Below are positions 1 to 13,800 of a stretch of 64,000 nucleotides of DNA, piece after piece (the stretch's first letter is position 1; each line of letters begins with the position of its first letter). The notes under the pieces are model-generated. The model made no database searches, had not been told where the DNA came from, and saw nothing but the letters and a program-made list of their open reading frames with translations. The DNA is taken from contig JALAGF010005397.1 in the NCBI GenBank assembly GCA_030167865.1, positions 1 through 64,000 of the forward strand, given 5' to 3'. Source of the stretch: Craspedostauros australis (taxonomy: Eukaryota). The translations under genes were made by a program, and so were the position numbers.

Positions 1-317
1 TACTTTTATCATGCAAATACTTCGTCTGTACCTACCACCCACCCATCTCATCAACAAGATACCAAACCGATCCAATCACCCAAACACATCACATCCAACA
101 CAGAACCACAGAACCATTCGGATACGCACTGCCACAACGCGAGCAACTGTGCTCCACGCCCTCCTCAGAAGATGGAGCTGAAACATCCATACGAGTACGA
201 CTCAGAACATCATCATCACCACCAACAGCGACTGACACGAGAACAACGACGGGAACGACCACACGTCACGACGTCACAGTGTCACGACGTCACGAAGGAG
301 GAAGTGACGACAGCGAC

Positions 318-1367
318 ATGAACACTGGCGATGCTGACTGGGATGACCTGTGCCTTGACCCCTTCCAAGACTGCATCGAACGAGGCAACAAGGAGGGAAG
401 AGAAGCGGGCTTGCGGGCTGGTTTCCAGGAGGGTGTGGCACTTGGCAGACGGAAGGGTGTTGAGTACGGAGTGGAACTCGGTTACATCCGAGGGTTTGCT
501 GATGAGGTACAATCCATCCTTGATGGATCGACCGGGGCCAATGTTGGCACCAAGAACGAAGACGTAGGTGTGAGCACTGCGAGTGTCGTGGATGGGAACG
601 AGTCTGCGAATGACACCATGCTGCCACCAACATCATCGTCGCCATCGTCGCCATCGATGGCAGCAGCAGCATGGCCCACGCCATCACGATTGCAGCAGCA
701 TCATCAGCCACAGGCAACGCCGCATCCACCACGCGTGATCCATTCGATATGGAACGCGACCAAGCAAGAAAAGATCTCACGAGATCTGCGACAGCTGCAT
801 GCGGCCTTGGATGATTTCGAATCGGTGGATAATCTCTTCCGATCAGCTGCTGGCAGCGACTACAACGCTCTGCCGCTCCATAGTCGAGATCTAAACAAGG
901 TGGGAGACAAGGTGGGAGACAAGGTTGGAGAAGGCAGCAGCGGCCAAAGGCAAAGTCATGCTCGAACCCACCAGCAGGAACACGATGATGGTGAAGAAAC
1001 ATCATTAATGGTGGTGGGAGCGGATGAGACGGGAGCTTCTGTGCCGACTCCACAGCCGCCGTCCAATGCGATTGATGTCATCCACAAGATGCAACGCATC
1101 CGGGCGAGATTCAAGTTGCTGACGGTTCATCTGGGACTGAGCCGAGTAACTTTGAAGGATGTGATGGATCAGGCATCGTTGCACAAGGCAACGGGAGGCT
1201 CTGTCAGTCCCACTGGCACGCACGCAGACATCAACACACAAGTGTTGGCGCAGACACAAACCGCAATGCAGAATACCGCGGATGGCATCACCAACAACAT
1301 CCATAGTCGAAGTGATCAAGCGAACGCAAATGCAACCGCCCCCACAGTTGCTGATCAGGATTGGTGA
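318..1367 (+). CDS. LTO1: LTO1/ORAOV1-like protein (Yae1_N domain; cytosolic Fe-S assembly adaptor family) with low-complexity insertions
   Basis: First in-frame ATG at 318 (the ORF-track start at 279 is GTG). The deca-GX3 motif GNKEGREAGLRAGFQEGVALGRRKGVEYGVELGYIRGF is typical of Yae1/Lto1. The segment DVIHKMQRIRARFKLLTVHLG matches the Lto1/ORAOV1 C-terminal helix. Confidence 0.75.
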   Translation: MNTGDADWDDLCLDPFQDCIERGNKEGREAGLRAGFQEGVALGRRKGVEYGVELGYIRGFADEVQSILDGSTGANVGTKNEDVGVSTASVVDGNESANDTMLPPTSSSPSSPSMAAAAWPTPSRLQQHHQPQATPHPPRVIHSIWNATKQEKISRDLRQLHAALDDFESVDNLFRSAAGSDYNALPLHSRDLNKVGDKVGDKVGEGSSGQRQSHARTHQQEHDDGEETSLMVVGADETGASVPTPQPPSNAIDVIHKMQRIRARFKLLTVHLGLSRVTLKDVMDQASLHKATGGSVSPTGTHADINTQVLAQTQTAMQNTADGITNNIHSRSDQANANATAPTVADQDW

Positions 1368-2343
1368 ATGGTATAGCGGCACCTGGTGGTGAATGATAGG
1401 GCTGGGGTGGAATCGACGCATAGCACAGACAGCCTGGCACCAACAAGGCGTTTAGCAATCGAACGCCATCGGCAAGGAGCGAGATGGGTCGTCCTGTGAG
1501 CTTCCTGGCGGAGACGCATGCGCACTTCGGTGGAAAGTTAGAATGGACTGTGATCACATTGTACAATAAAAGAGGAAAGGATGAAAATTCCGTCCCGACG
1601 CCAACCAGGACGTTTGAATTTGCCCACATCTCCATCTTTGCGTCTGGCTTGTTTCATCATGTCATGTTCTACCCGGTCAATACGGTGTGACGCATCGTCT
1701 CCAAGGGACACATGAGGAGGAACGGAGAAGGTGGGCCCTTGCCGACCCCAGCTCGCTTGGAGTTCATAAATAACATTCCAGAGCCTGTGATGCGCGGTAC
1801 CAGACGAACAGATCGCAGCCTGGGTGTTGGTGGACCCTGTCGAGTTCGCTTTCCTCTTGTGTTTTGCGGAGGCGCGAGGTCCACGAAAAGACCTCGTGAA
1901 GGGACGACATCAACAAAACAAACGAGAACCCACAACCGCCTCGTTTGCCGAACTGCGATCTTTGGTAAGACATCAAACGGAGCAGAAAGGAGTTCGGAGG
2001 CTGCCATCAACACAATCACCAAGAAGGCACACATCGCCCTGCGGGAGATGCTGCTGCTGCGAAGAATCACCGATACTACTACCCACAAGGGAACTGCCAC
2101 AGGACGGACGAGGCAGCAGAAACGAACGCAAATCACTGACGCGGACGCCATCCCGTTGCCACCCATCCCCCACTTCGCATTTCTCCAGAGCTCTGGCGCT
2201 TCGACACGACATAGGTAGACAATCAAAGGCAACAGACAACATCTCTGCAGTAAGGCATCACTCTTATCGCCATATCCATTATCTATCTCATCAATACCCA
2301 CCTTATCAGCTCGTACGTAGCGCACAAGTCGACCAACATCCTC

Positions 2344-4038
2344 ATGTGGTGGTCAGGAAACAAGCTCCTTCTGCCCTTCGTGGTTGGTGTGCTGTCTGCG
2401 ACAGGTTCCCATCTGGTAGATGCCTTTGTATCTCCGTCGGGATCTCCATGGACTCCAAGGACTGCGCAGATGCAATTGCCGTCGCTTTCGTCAGCATCGA
2501 AGCATGCATTGCGAAGTGGTCTACATCGGATGGAGAGGGCTCCTCTTGATGATGCACGAGCCCATTCCTGCTCTGCCCGCCTGACATCGATTCGACTCTC
2601 TGCGGCTGAGGTCGGTGCTGATGATGGGGCTAATGAAGACGCCGCCGCTCCAGAATCGCCAGCGGATTTTGCCGGGAAGACACTCTACCAGAGAACCTTC
2701 TATCGGTTGACTCAGAGCGCGCGGGTCGCGCAACCCAACGCCATGGTCATCGAAGAACGCATCCGCTTCCAGCCCGACTCCGAAGACACGACGAAGGTTC
2801 GCCCTATGGACACTACTCTCATCCTGCGGGAGGGGACCGCCGAGGATGAGATCACGGACGAGTTCTTCCGTTTGAACGTTTCCAGCAAGTCAGCGAACGA
2901 GAGGGAGTCCATCGTGACAACGGCACTCTTCCTGGCCTCGAATCCACAAGTTTGCCAGGGCAACATGCTTCAGCTCGCCTGCGGCGGAAGCGCAGCAGCT
3001 GCAACCGTCTTGGGTTGCATCGGCGCAGGCTTTGCGCTGCGTGACAAGGATGATTACGCAGCCAAGAAGAAGGCTCTCAAACAGCTGCAAAAGCAGAGCA
3101 AGGAGGGATCGTCTGGAGAAGGCGACAGCACAACTGGGAGGACAGCAAGGATCGGAGATGGCTCGGGCAGAGTCAGTCCGCTCCAAATCAAGATGGGCGA
3201 CGACATGCTGCCTCCATCCCTCGGGGTATTGACGCTTTCTGATGAAACATCGTCGGCCTTGCAACAAGCACTCGCGACAGTCAAAGGCGCACGCCTCACA
3301 CCAGGCAAAGTCACCATCCAAGAGCTCTTGTGGAGCCGCCGTCCCGGCATGGGGATGGTGTCTGCCCAGCGCCAGGCCTCCAACAGCGCCTACCGCACCA
3401 TCGTCGGATGTGACATCCCATACTCATTCCCATCGGCAAAAGAACTGTCTCGTTGCATCGCCCATGCGTTGCTGCCGTCCGATTTGGTGGCGCAAGCCCA
3501 GGTCGAAGCAGGATCAGCAGGTGCAGCATCGGCTGGCAGCAGCAACGCTGGCGGCGGCTTCTTGGGGATGGATGAGGTTGCTCAGTCCGCGTCGCCGGCA
3601 GCATCAGATGCGGCGAAATCAGCGGGGGCTGACGTTGACACGTCGGTTCCGCCAGCATTTATCCATGTTGCCCCAGAACGCAGTCTCACATCCTCCGAGG
3701 ATTCCATCTACCTTCGTCAGTTCTTGGAGCAAGGATACCGCATGGATGTTTCCACACAGTACTTCCGCGTCGAACGCCTGTCCTTCCAATACCAAACTTT
3801 GGACACTCTGACACCCACGAGCAGCGACGAGGCAGGGCTGGAAGATCTGGACTTGGAGCTCCTCGACGAGGCCACGCCGTCCTACCAATCGCTCATCGCT
3901 GTCCACCACCCGGACTATGCGGGTGATGGCAGTGGCGAGCTGTTCTTCCCCATGGAGAACGGAGCATATCAGGGTGGAAGCCGAGGTGCTGGAACATACC
4001 TTGAACCGGAAACCGAAGGAGGGTCTTTCCTCATGTAG
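2344..4038 (+). CDS. Plastid-targeted class I SAM-dependent methyltransferase-like protein (Methyltransf_16 / METTL21-like, divergent)
   Basis: 564-aa single ORF. Signal peptide ends VDA-FVSP (ASAF-type) and is followed by a Ser/Arg-rich transit peptide. Motifs occur in order: MLQLACGG (motif I), LTLSD (post-I), IQELLWS, YRTIVGCDIPY (DxxY). Confidence 0.65.
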   Translation: MWWSGNKLLLPFVVGVLSATGSHLVDAFVSPSGSPWTPRTAQMQLPSLSSASKHALRSGLHRMERAPLDDARAHSCSARLTSIRLSAAEVGADDGANEDAAAPESPADFAGKTLYQRTFYRLTQSARVAQPNAMVIEERIRFQPDSEDTTKVRPMDTTLILREGTAEDEITDEFFRLNVSSKSANERESIVTTALFLASNPQVCQGNMLQLACGGSAAAATVLGCIGAGFALRDKDDYAAKKKALKQLQKQSKEGSSGEGDSTTGRTARIGDGSGRVSPLQIKMGDDMLPPSLGVLTLSDETSSALQQALATVKGARLTPGKVTIQELLWSRRPGMGMVSAQRQASNSAYRTIVGCDIPYSFPSAKELSRCIAHALLPSDLVAQAQVEAGSAGAASAGSSNAGGGFLGMDEVAQSASPAASDAAKSAGADVDTSVPPAFIHVAPERSLTSSEDSIYLRQFLEQGYRMDVSTQYFRVERLSFQYQTLDTLTPTSSDEAGLEDLDLELLDEATPSYQSLIAVHHPDYAGDGSGELFFPMENGAYQGGSRGAGTYLEPETEGGSFLM

Positions 4039-4421
4039 CCACGTGCGTCGGTGCCCGCTGTGGTTCCAAGCAAGGTGTCATGTTCGTTGAGTTCGAAGGT
4101 GGAAGAAGCGACGCTCAGATCGACATGTCCGACCTCATTCACATAAAACCGCACATGCCATCGACTCTTGCCTCACGCCATGAGTGCATCAGCATCAAAT
4201 TGAAAAAAGTCTTGAATCGAGCATTCTACCATTAATGAATTGGTGTCTCCTTTTGTCGATTGTGTGGAAATGTACGGCCGGGCGTGTCCAAGACGACTCC
4301 CTGTCGAGTTTGCAAATGTACTCGAGCAGACTAGAGTGAAGCATTCTCACGGAGATACAAATAGATAGTTATCATGTCATGCTCCCATTTCTTTCCAACT
4401 CACCTTTATTGTGGCGATCTT

Positions 4422-6305
4422 CTATTTTCTGGCCTTCGAGATAGCCATTCCGGCCAAGACACTGAGAGTGGCAACCGCCAGCATCTGCGTCCAGTGGTTG
4501 CTTGCTCTGGCCTTTGGTGCGTCCGATTCAGATACATCAGAGTCAGCTTCGTTCTTGTGGAGTCTTTCGTACTCCTGCAGGCATGTGTTGGGGAAGGAGG
4601 GGAGCAATTGCAGATGGTACAAATTGAAACATGAAGCAAAGTGTGGCAGTAGGATAGTTTGAGACGTGAGCCATCCATCATGTTCGAGCGATTGCCGTAC
4701 CTACTCAAATCGACGCGACAAGAATTGCGATAGAATCGATCGTTGACGCTTTCATCGTTCTTGTGAGAGCACGTGCGATACTTACCATCATGGCTGCCTT
4801 GTGGGCTCCACGAACACCCAGGTCCTCCACCAGCACAGCGAATAGAGGCACACTTTCCAGCAACGGCGCAACCCGTCCCTTGTCCTTGTAAGCCTTCATG
4901 AAGGGCGAATCAGCACCTTGGATGAAGTCGATGTTCTTTGGAGTCAAGCCACCTGTCACGTACATGCCTCCTGTTGGGATGAACTTGATGGAAGCACACC
5001 CGACTTCAGCACCGTATGCGCTGCAGAAATAGTATGGGGTAGTTGTTGTTGTTGTTGTTGTTGTTGGTATTGTTGTTTTCGAAGATGGACGTCATATGTA
5101 GGACCAAGCGACATGAAGCAACGTGTACCAGCGCACCGCGGTAATGGCGATGACACCATAATCAGTTTGGCGATGAGAATGAATGAGGGATTTTTGAACG
5201 AAACATAGAACATGAGCCAAGACAGGCATCTTGTCGCGAGAATCTGACCGTCTTTTCTGACCTCGAAGCGCCATTCAAGCCTGGTTGCAGAGCATGCACA
5301 GCATCGGAATTGCGCAAGACCTCATGCCACTCTCTTCATGCCACGGTGCATACAGCACCTCACGCTTTTTCGTATTGCATCCGTTTTGTATCCACGTTAT
5401 ATCCGCACTGAACACTCAAGCACTTTGCGGACTCACCCCATCATGATTTCCATAGCCTGGAGACAAAGGGTGCCTGGGCGTGCGTTCACTGCAACAACCT
5501 TGCCCTGCATATCTTCAGCCTCCAGGAATTCCTTGTGAACAGCCGGGTCGATCTTGTCCTTGAACTCGGAGGCCAAGAACTCGTAGCAGTTGGCCAACCC
5601 GCGACCTGACACCACCCGCTCCACAGAGATACGGTTGGTGGATTTGAACTTGGCCTTGAGATATTTCCACATCTTGACTTCAAGATCGTTGCGCGGCGCG
5701 TACTCCACGTGGCCTCCCTCTGATGGGAAGCAGGTATGCACGGTTGTTGGGCAACCTGCTTCGCCCGCCTTGCTCGGCGTGAGGTAACATTCACCAAGTC
5801 CCGTGCCGGCGCCGACGCACACCTTCGGACCCATGGGATCCATCATGGCGTAGCTTCCTGGCGTCAACTCCAGCACTTCGCTTGGCTTGAGGGTCAGGCA
5901 GCCATACCCCTGTGCGACGAAGTCGTTGATGATGGTGCAAACGCGGATGCTGGCGAGGCACGGATCATCGGGGCAGAACTTCTGGTTGGCGATGGCCGTG
6001 CCGTCGATCTCGATGTCGTGCAGGTTGGAGAGACTGGCCTTGTTATTCCTCACAGGACCAGCCACGGCCAGGCAAGCGATGATCTCCACCTGATCGATCG
6101 ACGGCAACGTCGACGCTCGTTCTTCCCAGCACTGCTTGAGGAATGGCGCGATGATATGCTTCTCGAAGATCCCATCCTCCTTGTGCGGCAAGAATTCTTG
6201 ATTGCGGAAGTACTTGATGGCCAGGGGCATGTTGTCACCGATGGTGTACAACCCCATGCGGCTGTTGGTTCCCCCGATATCTCCGGTGAGAAGGAAGCTG
6301 GTCAT
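4422..6305 (-). CDS. GLK: Glucokinase (bacterial Glk type), 3 exons, with C-terminal hydrophobic tail
   Basis: Exons 6305-5437, 5020-4786 and 4574-4422 (418 aa), GT-AG introns, frame continuous (EIMMG|AYGAEVG; KAAMM|EYERL). Motifs GDIGGTNSR, AVAGPV, INDFVAQGYG, GAGTGLG, PSEGGH, ERVVSGRGL, GGMYVTGG. Confidence 0.93.
5042..5065. repeat. (GTT)8 microsatellite in glucokinase intron 1
   Basis: Read directly from the sequence. Confidence 0.9.
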
Positions 6306-7260
6306 GATGTTGCTGTTGTTGCTGATGTGGGTGTTGTGGGTGTCGTTGTCACGGACGTTGAATGGGTTTCAAATCACGATCTCCACACTCTCGCGAGGTT
6401 TTGAGAAGACTTTGTGTGTTACCGTTTCGGTGGGTGTGAGTAAGTATTTTATAACTAACTGTCTGGGAGATGCTTGCCGGACGCGATACTCGTTGTTTTT
6501 GTAGCGGGGAGTCTTCCACGATGACTTGCTCTTTCTGCCCTCTTGTGTGAGAACTGTCCTTGTGAGTGCGAGCATCGCTGCCATGCAGGCCCAAATGCAC
6601 AAGCAGCTTTGGCCCCGTCCGTGTTCAACACAAGGAGGCAGAGGGGAACTTCCTCCACCTGTGGCCGTGGACCAGGCGATCTTTCTGCAACAGTCTCCAC
6701 CGCATCCGTGCCACTATCACGCAATTGCGCCAGCAGGTGGTTGCGAAGCTCTTCCTCTTCTGGTTTGTTCCGAAGAACCGAACGCTTCGGATTTTAACGG
6801 GACACGACCAGATCTGATTCCACAGTCAAAGCCAAGCAATCGTGACGTTCTCCTTCTGTTGCCTTTGCGGCAAAAATGGTCATGTATCGGCAACCTCCTT
6901 ATCCTGGATGCTACTGCACGTCGAACACTCAAATTGACTGGACAGTCCCATCCTTCGCCTTTACTCTATCGTTGGTGCATGTTGGGCCGGAACGACCGAA
7001 TACAACTCCATGATTTGCAGCAACCAGTACCGCAAACGATCGATGATCAAAAGTTGAATACGAGTAGGGTACAAACGATAAAGGTCAAGTTTTATGTTGC
7101 ATTTCCGTCGCCAGGCTTCAGTTACCATCAGTGGTTCGCCTGCGCCGGGACACGCTTTCAATGAGGCGGAGAGAACTGCACTGGCTTGCGCTTGCTACTC
7201 TCTCTGTTTTCCGCGCATCGCATGGTCCTGGTGCATGTCAGTCTGTCTACTCTATCTAGT

Positions 7261-9140
<1,880 letters not shown>

Positions 9141-10275
9141 GTTGCTGATCTGTGTTTGATCGCCGGTCTGTATTGTGTGTTCTGCTGCGCTACGTTGCGT
9201 TGTACTGTTCGGCCACGACTGTCCAAGATTTTTTGCCGCTTGTGTTGTTGTGGTTCTGGCGGTGTTCTGCTTGTTGTTTGGTTCCTCGCGTGTTTGGCAT
9301 TGAACTGTGTGTGGTTTGGGCGCTTCTGGCCCGATTTCTCTCTCTTGCCTTCTTTGGTGGTCGTTGCTGTCACGCTGTTGCTGTCAACGAGATCTCTGTT
9401 TGTTTGCCGTTTTTTGAATGCGACGGGTTTGAACGCCACAACTTTTTTGGCTGGCTGATTGCTTCTGTGTAGGCGTCTGTCCATGTATCCGCAACGGGAT
9501 AGAAACGACGCGTTCGACTCATCCGAATATCGAGTCACATGCAAGTGTCCGACGGTTATTCTGGACACTGCCTGACATTCTGGAAATGCGACTCAGCTCT
9601 TGCAAAGAGAGAAAAGATGACTCAAATCGTCAGTGACGCAAATGCGACATCAGTCACGCGCAGGCCGCGCTTCCCTCCAAGAACCCATCGAAGCGTTGGT
9701 TCAGTTGTTTTCTCGTGTTGACGGGAGCAAGTGCTGTGTTCTCTGCCCAACAAGCAACGGTCGGTCGAATTCACCAAGAACGACGCGTGAGAGAGCAAGA
9801 GAGAGCGCCACCACGACCAAGAGAGCAAGACAGACACCCAAGCGGATCTCGGCAGATCCCTGGCCCCAGCAGATTGATCTTGGATGAGGCTGCTGCGTTG
9901 GGTCCATGCCGCATTGTGCATCTCCATTGATACCCGTACCCGTACTCGTCAGAACCCCAGCGCTACTGACACTCCTATTCACGTTACGATCCAACAACGA
10001 CTGTGCTCACTTGACAGGCTCGTAGAGCAGATCAGCAGCTACTACAAGAATAGCAAGAATAGCAACAACAACACCAAGAGCAACAGCAGAGTCGATGCCA
10101 CTCCGCTTTCATAGAGAACCACACCGAACGCGGCGAACAAGGAACCGACGATCTTCACTGCACTCCACTTTGACAATCTGCGAAAGCGGCAGCCACAGCA
10201 TCAGGGATCATCCGAAGTAGGCTCACGAGAAACAGTGAAAGCGAGCGCACTTGTTGGTGGGAGCTATCATTGCAG

Positions 10276-10333
10276 GTAGCCACAGATAGCCAACGATAGC
10301 CAACGATAGCCAACGATAGCCACAGTTAGCCAA
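10276..10333. repeat. Tandem 10-mer (GATAGCCAAC) x3 with degenerate flanking copies
   Basis: Read directly; lies in the divergent Ran / HEAT-gene intergenic region. Confidence 0.85.
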
Positions 10334-10758
10334 AGACCCTCAGAAACAGCACAAATCGACGGCAACAAAAACGCCAGTTGCCGCTGCCTTTGTTGGTTGC
10401 TCTGCCTCTGCGTGTCTGCATCCACACCCCATCCTTTCTTGTGGGGGGCACGCGTTACGTACGCTTGCACGGCTCGTCATAGAGTGGACTTCAGTGGAGT
10501 GCAGTGAAGTGGACCAAGTTAAGAACGTCCATGCATCCATCCAGTCATCCATCCAGTCATCCATCCATTGCTCAATTCACAATCGCGCTCAATATATCAC
10601 CAGTGGTGTCACACCGGGAGATAGGCTCACTGCAGACATCTCGCGAGACCGTTCACACAGACTCGCACGAGCGTGGGTGTGATCATTGCCTGACTTCTGC
10701 TGAGCAAAACTCGCTGAACGCAAGCGCCAGCCTGCAAGGACGGGGAAGAACTGGGCCT

Positions 10759-10810
10759 GTCATCGACACTGACACTGTCATCGACGCTGACACTGACACT
10801 GACATCGACA
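10759..10810. repeat. Imperfect (GACACT)/(GTCATC) hexamer repeats immediately 5' of the ATG at 10814
   Basis: Read directly from the sequence. Confidence 0.7.
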
Positions 10811-10813
10811 ACG

Positions 10814-13800
10814 ATGAGCTCTCCACCCAAAGGCAAGGCGTCGCCTGGCCACAAGGTTCGGCCAGGTGAATCTGCCAGGAGCCCCAACCAACGGTTCGCG
10901 CAGCAGAGACCGACGGCGGTGCCCACTGCAGGCGCCAGGCGACCAGCGAACACTGCACATTCCCAGCAGCCAAAGAGGACGGCAAGCAATGGCGGTTCTC
11001 CTTCGGCAGCGCGGCAGGGTCGTCCTTTTGGATCGTCTCCGCCAAACCAACGACGCACCCAAGACAATGCGGCAAGGGCACGCAACTCGCCACACCAGCA
11101 ACCTCGGCACCACCGAGCGCAACCCAACGTGCACACGCCGGAACGTGGACATTCACATGCGCAGCAGATAAACAAACCACGTGGCAGAGGCAGTGCTGCT
11201 GCTGCTGCTGGATCTCCGCAGCAGTCGGGACCAGCCGGCCGGACTTCGCCAATGGATGATGCTTCACGCGCAGCACTTGCGGCGGCAGCCATAGCACAAG
11301 CTGCCAATTCGGGGAATCGGTCTCCCGCCGAGGTTGCAGAACTTGCCAAGGCAAAGACCGAAGCCATGGCAGTGAAGAAGCACCACCACCAAGGCCAAAG
11401 ACAAGGCCACCAGCCGCAGCAGCAGCCACAGCAGCAGCAGCAACAACAACATCAGCAACAGATGCGCAACCCCAACTCTCATGGAGCCGGAAGAGGGATG
11501 CGTGGTCCGCAAAATCAACCAGGACGGGTCGAGCCACCACGCAAACTCCAGACGGTGGATTTGGATGCAGTCAAAGGATTGCTGCGTGCATCAGTGGCAA
11601 TGAATCAGGACGGCCCCACCCTCCTCACAGACCCGTCCTCTCCACCTTCCGCCAGCAGCGACCACTTCAATTCATTCCTTTCCAAGTTGGCCAACGGCGA
11701 GAACGACTCCTTCCTTCAACACCTGCTGATGCTTGAGTACATCCGATCCATCAACCCCGTGCCAGCCATCAATGCATCCTCCTCCAAAGACAGTTCAGAA
11801 TCCAAAGATGGCTGTGCCATTGCGGATGGCAATGGCAGCAACAGTACAAATCTCAGCACCACCAGTGGCGGAGCCAACCCCATGTCGGCAGTCACAGTGC
11901 GCGCACCGACACCCAGCAGCACGGACCAGGATAATCGCAGAGTGTCTTACGCGTGCGACCGCGTACAAATGATTCTTCGCAGAGTCGAGCTGGCGTATGA
12001 TTCCATGACCAGGATGCTACCCAAAGTTCCTGATGCCCAAGGCACACCTGCCAAGTCCGATGATGATGATCTGGAGGATGTGGACCGCCCGGTAGTTGTC
12101 CCGGATTTACTCCCACCCTGCACATCCTCGGCTGGTGATTCTACACTCGAATTCTTCAGGGCATGCTACGGTGAGATGCCTGACAAGAAGGACGGCAAGC
12201 ACGACAAGTCTCACACCGATGACTTCTCGATGGCATCCACGGACGCCACGTCCGAAGTCGGAGATGCATCCGTCGACGACGGTGGACACGGCAACGACAG
12301 AGGAAGTTCGTCATCCACCTCCATGTTCGCCAACATGTTCGCGAAGCGCACATCCTTCTCCAAGCGTGGTTTTGGCGGAGTGTTCCGAAAGCGAAAAGGA
12401 TCCAAGGATATCGATGCTGAGGAACTTGATGGAAACGGTGATGGCATGGTCAATGAGCTCGGCGAATACACCGTGACCATCGAACGCGAGATGCTCGGGC
12501 TCACAGTCGAGAATGTGTTGGAACGCACCGTCGTGCGCACTGTGCTTGGCACGGGACCAGCCAAAAAGGCAGGTGCACGCGTTGGATCGTTGATTGTGAA
12601 GGTGGGTAACATCGAGACCAAAAACTTGACGCATTTTGAAACGATCGACGAGCTGCGACAGAGCCAACGCCCGTTGCAGCTTGTGCTGCGGCAGATCTCG
12701 GACGAAGCGCTACGGTCAGCCCGCGAAGAGATGGGAAGGCTGATCAGAGGTGCAGGGTTCGGGCGAATCATCGATGGCGAACAGCCACGCCAGGCGGCAC
12801 AATCTCCACCAGCCACACCCGGTTCCAATGGAGACAGTGCCGGCGACGGATCAGCTGCTGTGACATCAGGGCAAACCAGTCCCACCGCGGCGGGTGCAGC
12901 ACTCGGCAAGGACAGGAACCTTGAGTTTTATTCCACCATCGTCCGCAAACGATGGATCGATGCGGCCAACGCGGCACCCCTCAGCAAGAAAGACGAACCG
13001 GTGCTGAGAGCTGGTGAAAAGATCATCTGGATCCTCACGCTGTTCGTCATTGGGTTGGAACGTGAAGCAGAGCGCTTGCAGCATCTTGCAAACTCCGGAG
13101 ACGGCGATGGAGTTGGAGAGGCTGGCACGAAGAGGAATGCGCATACCCAGTACCACCACACCGCAAGAAACTACCTGGATGCTGCGAAGAGCGTTTCCAA
13201 GGTACTGGTTGACTTTGTCAAAAAGCGGATGGACCCACCACCCAAGACACCGCTGTTCGCAACTCCGGGTGGGAGAGGTTTCGCCGGAGGCCGCGGCGGT
13301 CGGGGAAGTCCCATGGCACGCGGAGGTCGTGGTGGTAGAGGACGAGGGCGAGGTCCCTTGGTACCAGGGATGGCCGCAGGCCTCGCCGCCATTGCACCGC
13401 ATGAACGTCTCCTCATGCAGCTGGGAGATGTGTTGCAGAGAACTCGAACGTTCTTGGCGGATCCGACGTCTCCGCCTGCGGCTTTGCTTCGCGGTGAATT
13501 GATCGCCTGCCTTTGCGACATCCTCGATGCTGACACGGATATGGAGCTTTCGGACGAGGACAATGCATCATCAACCGCCGGAGGAGGTGGAGGTGCAGGG
13601 ACAGACGCTGCCAATAGCGGTGGTGGAAAGGGCGGACCCATCACTGATCTTGGAGCAGCCGGAAGTCTGCTGAAGCTCATAGTCCTCAACTGCCCGATCA
13701 TGCGAAGCCCAGAATGTGCGGCGTTTTGCGCACAATCCGAGCTCGACGAGCAACAGGAAGGCAAGGTGGATGAGTTTTCCGCATTGCCGCAGTCCTCGAT

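Noticed and set aside
1400..2340. Overlapping ORFs of 168-241 aa between LTO1 and the methyltransferase
   Set aside because: No motifs or coding-like composition; treated as intergenic.
10276..10333. Short direct repeats as a CRISPR-like array
   Set aside because: Contiguous 10-mers without spacers in a eukaryotic context; an ordinary minisatellite.
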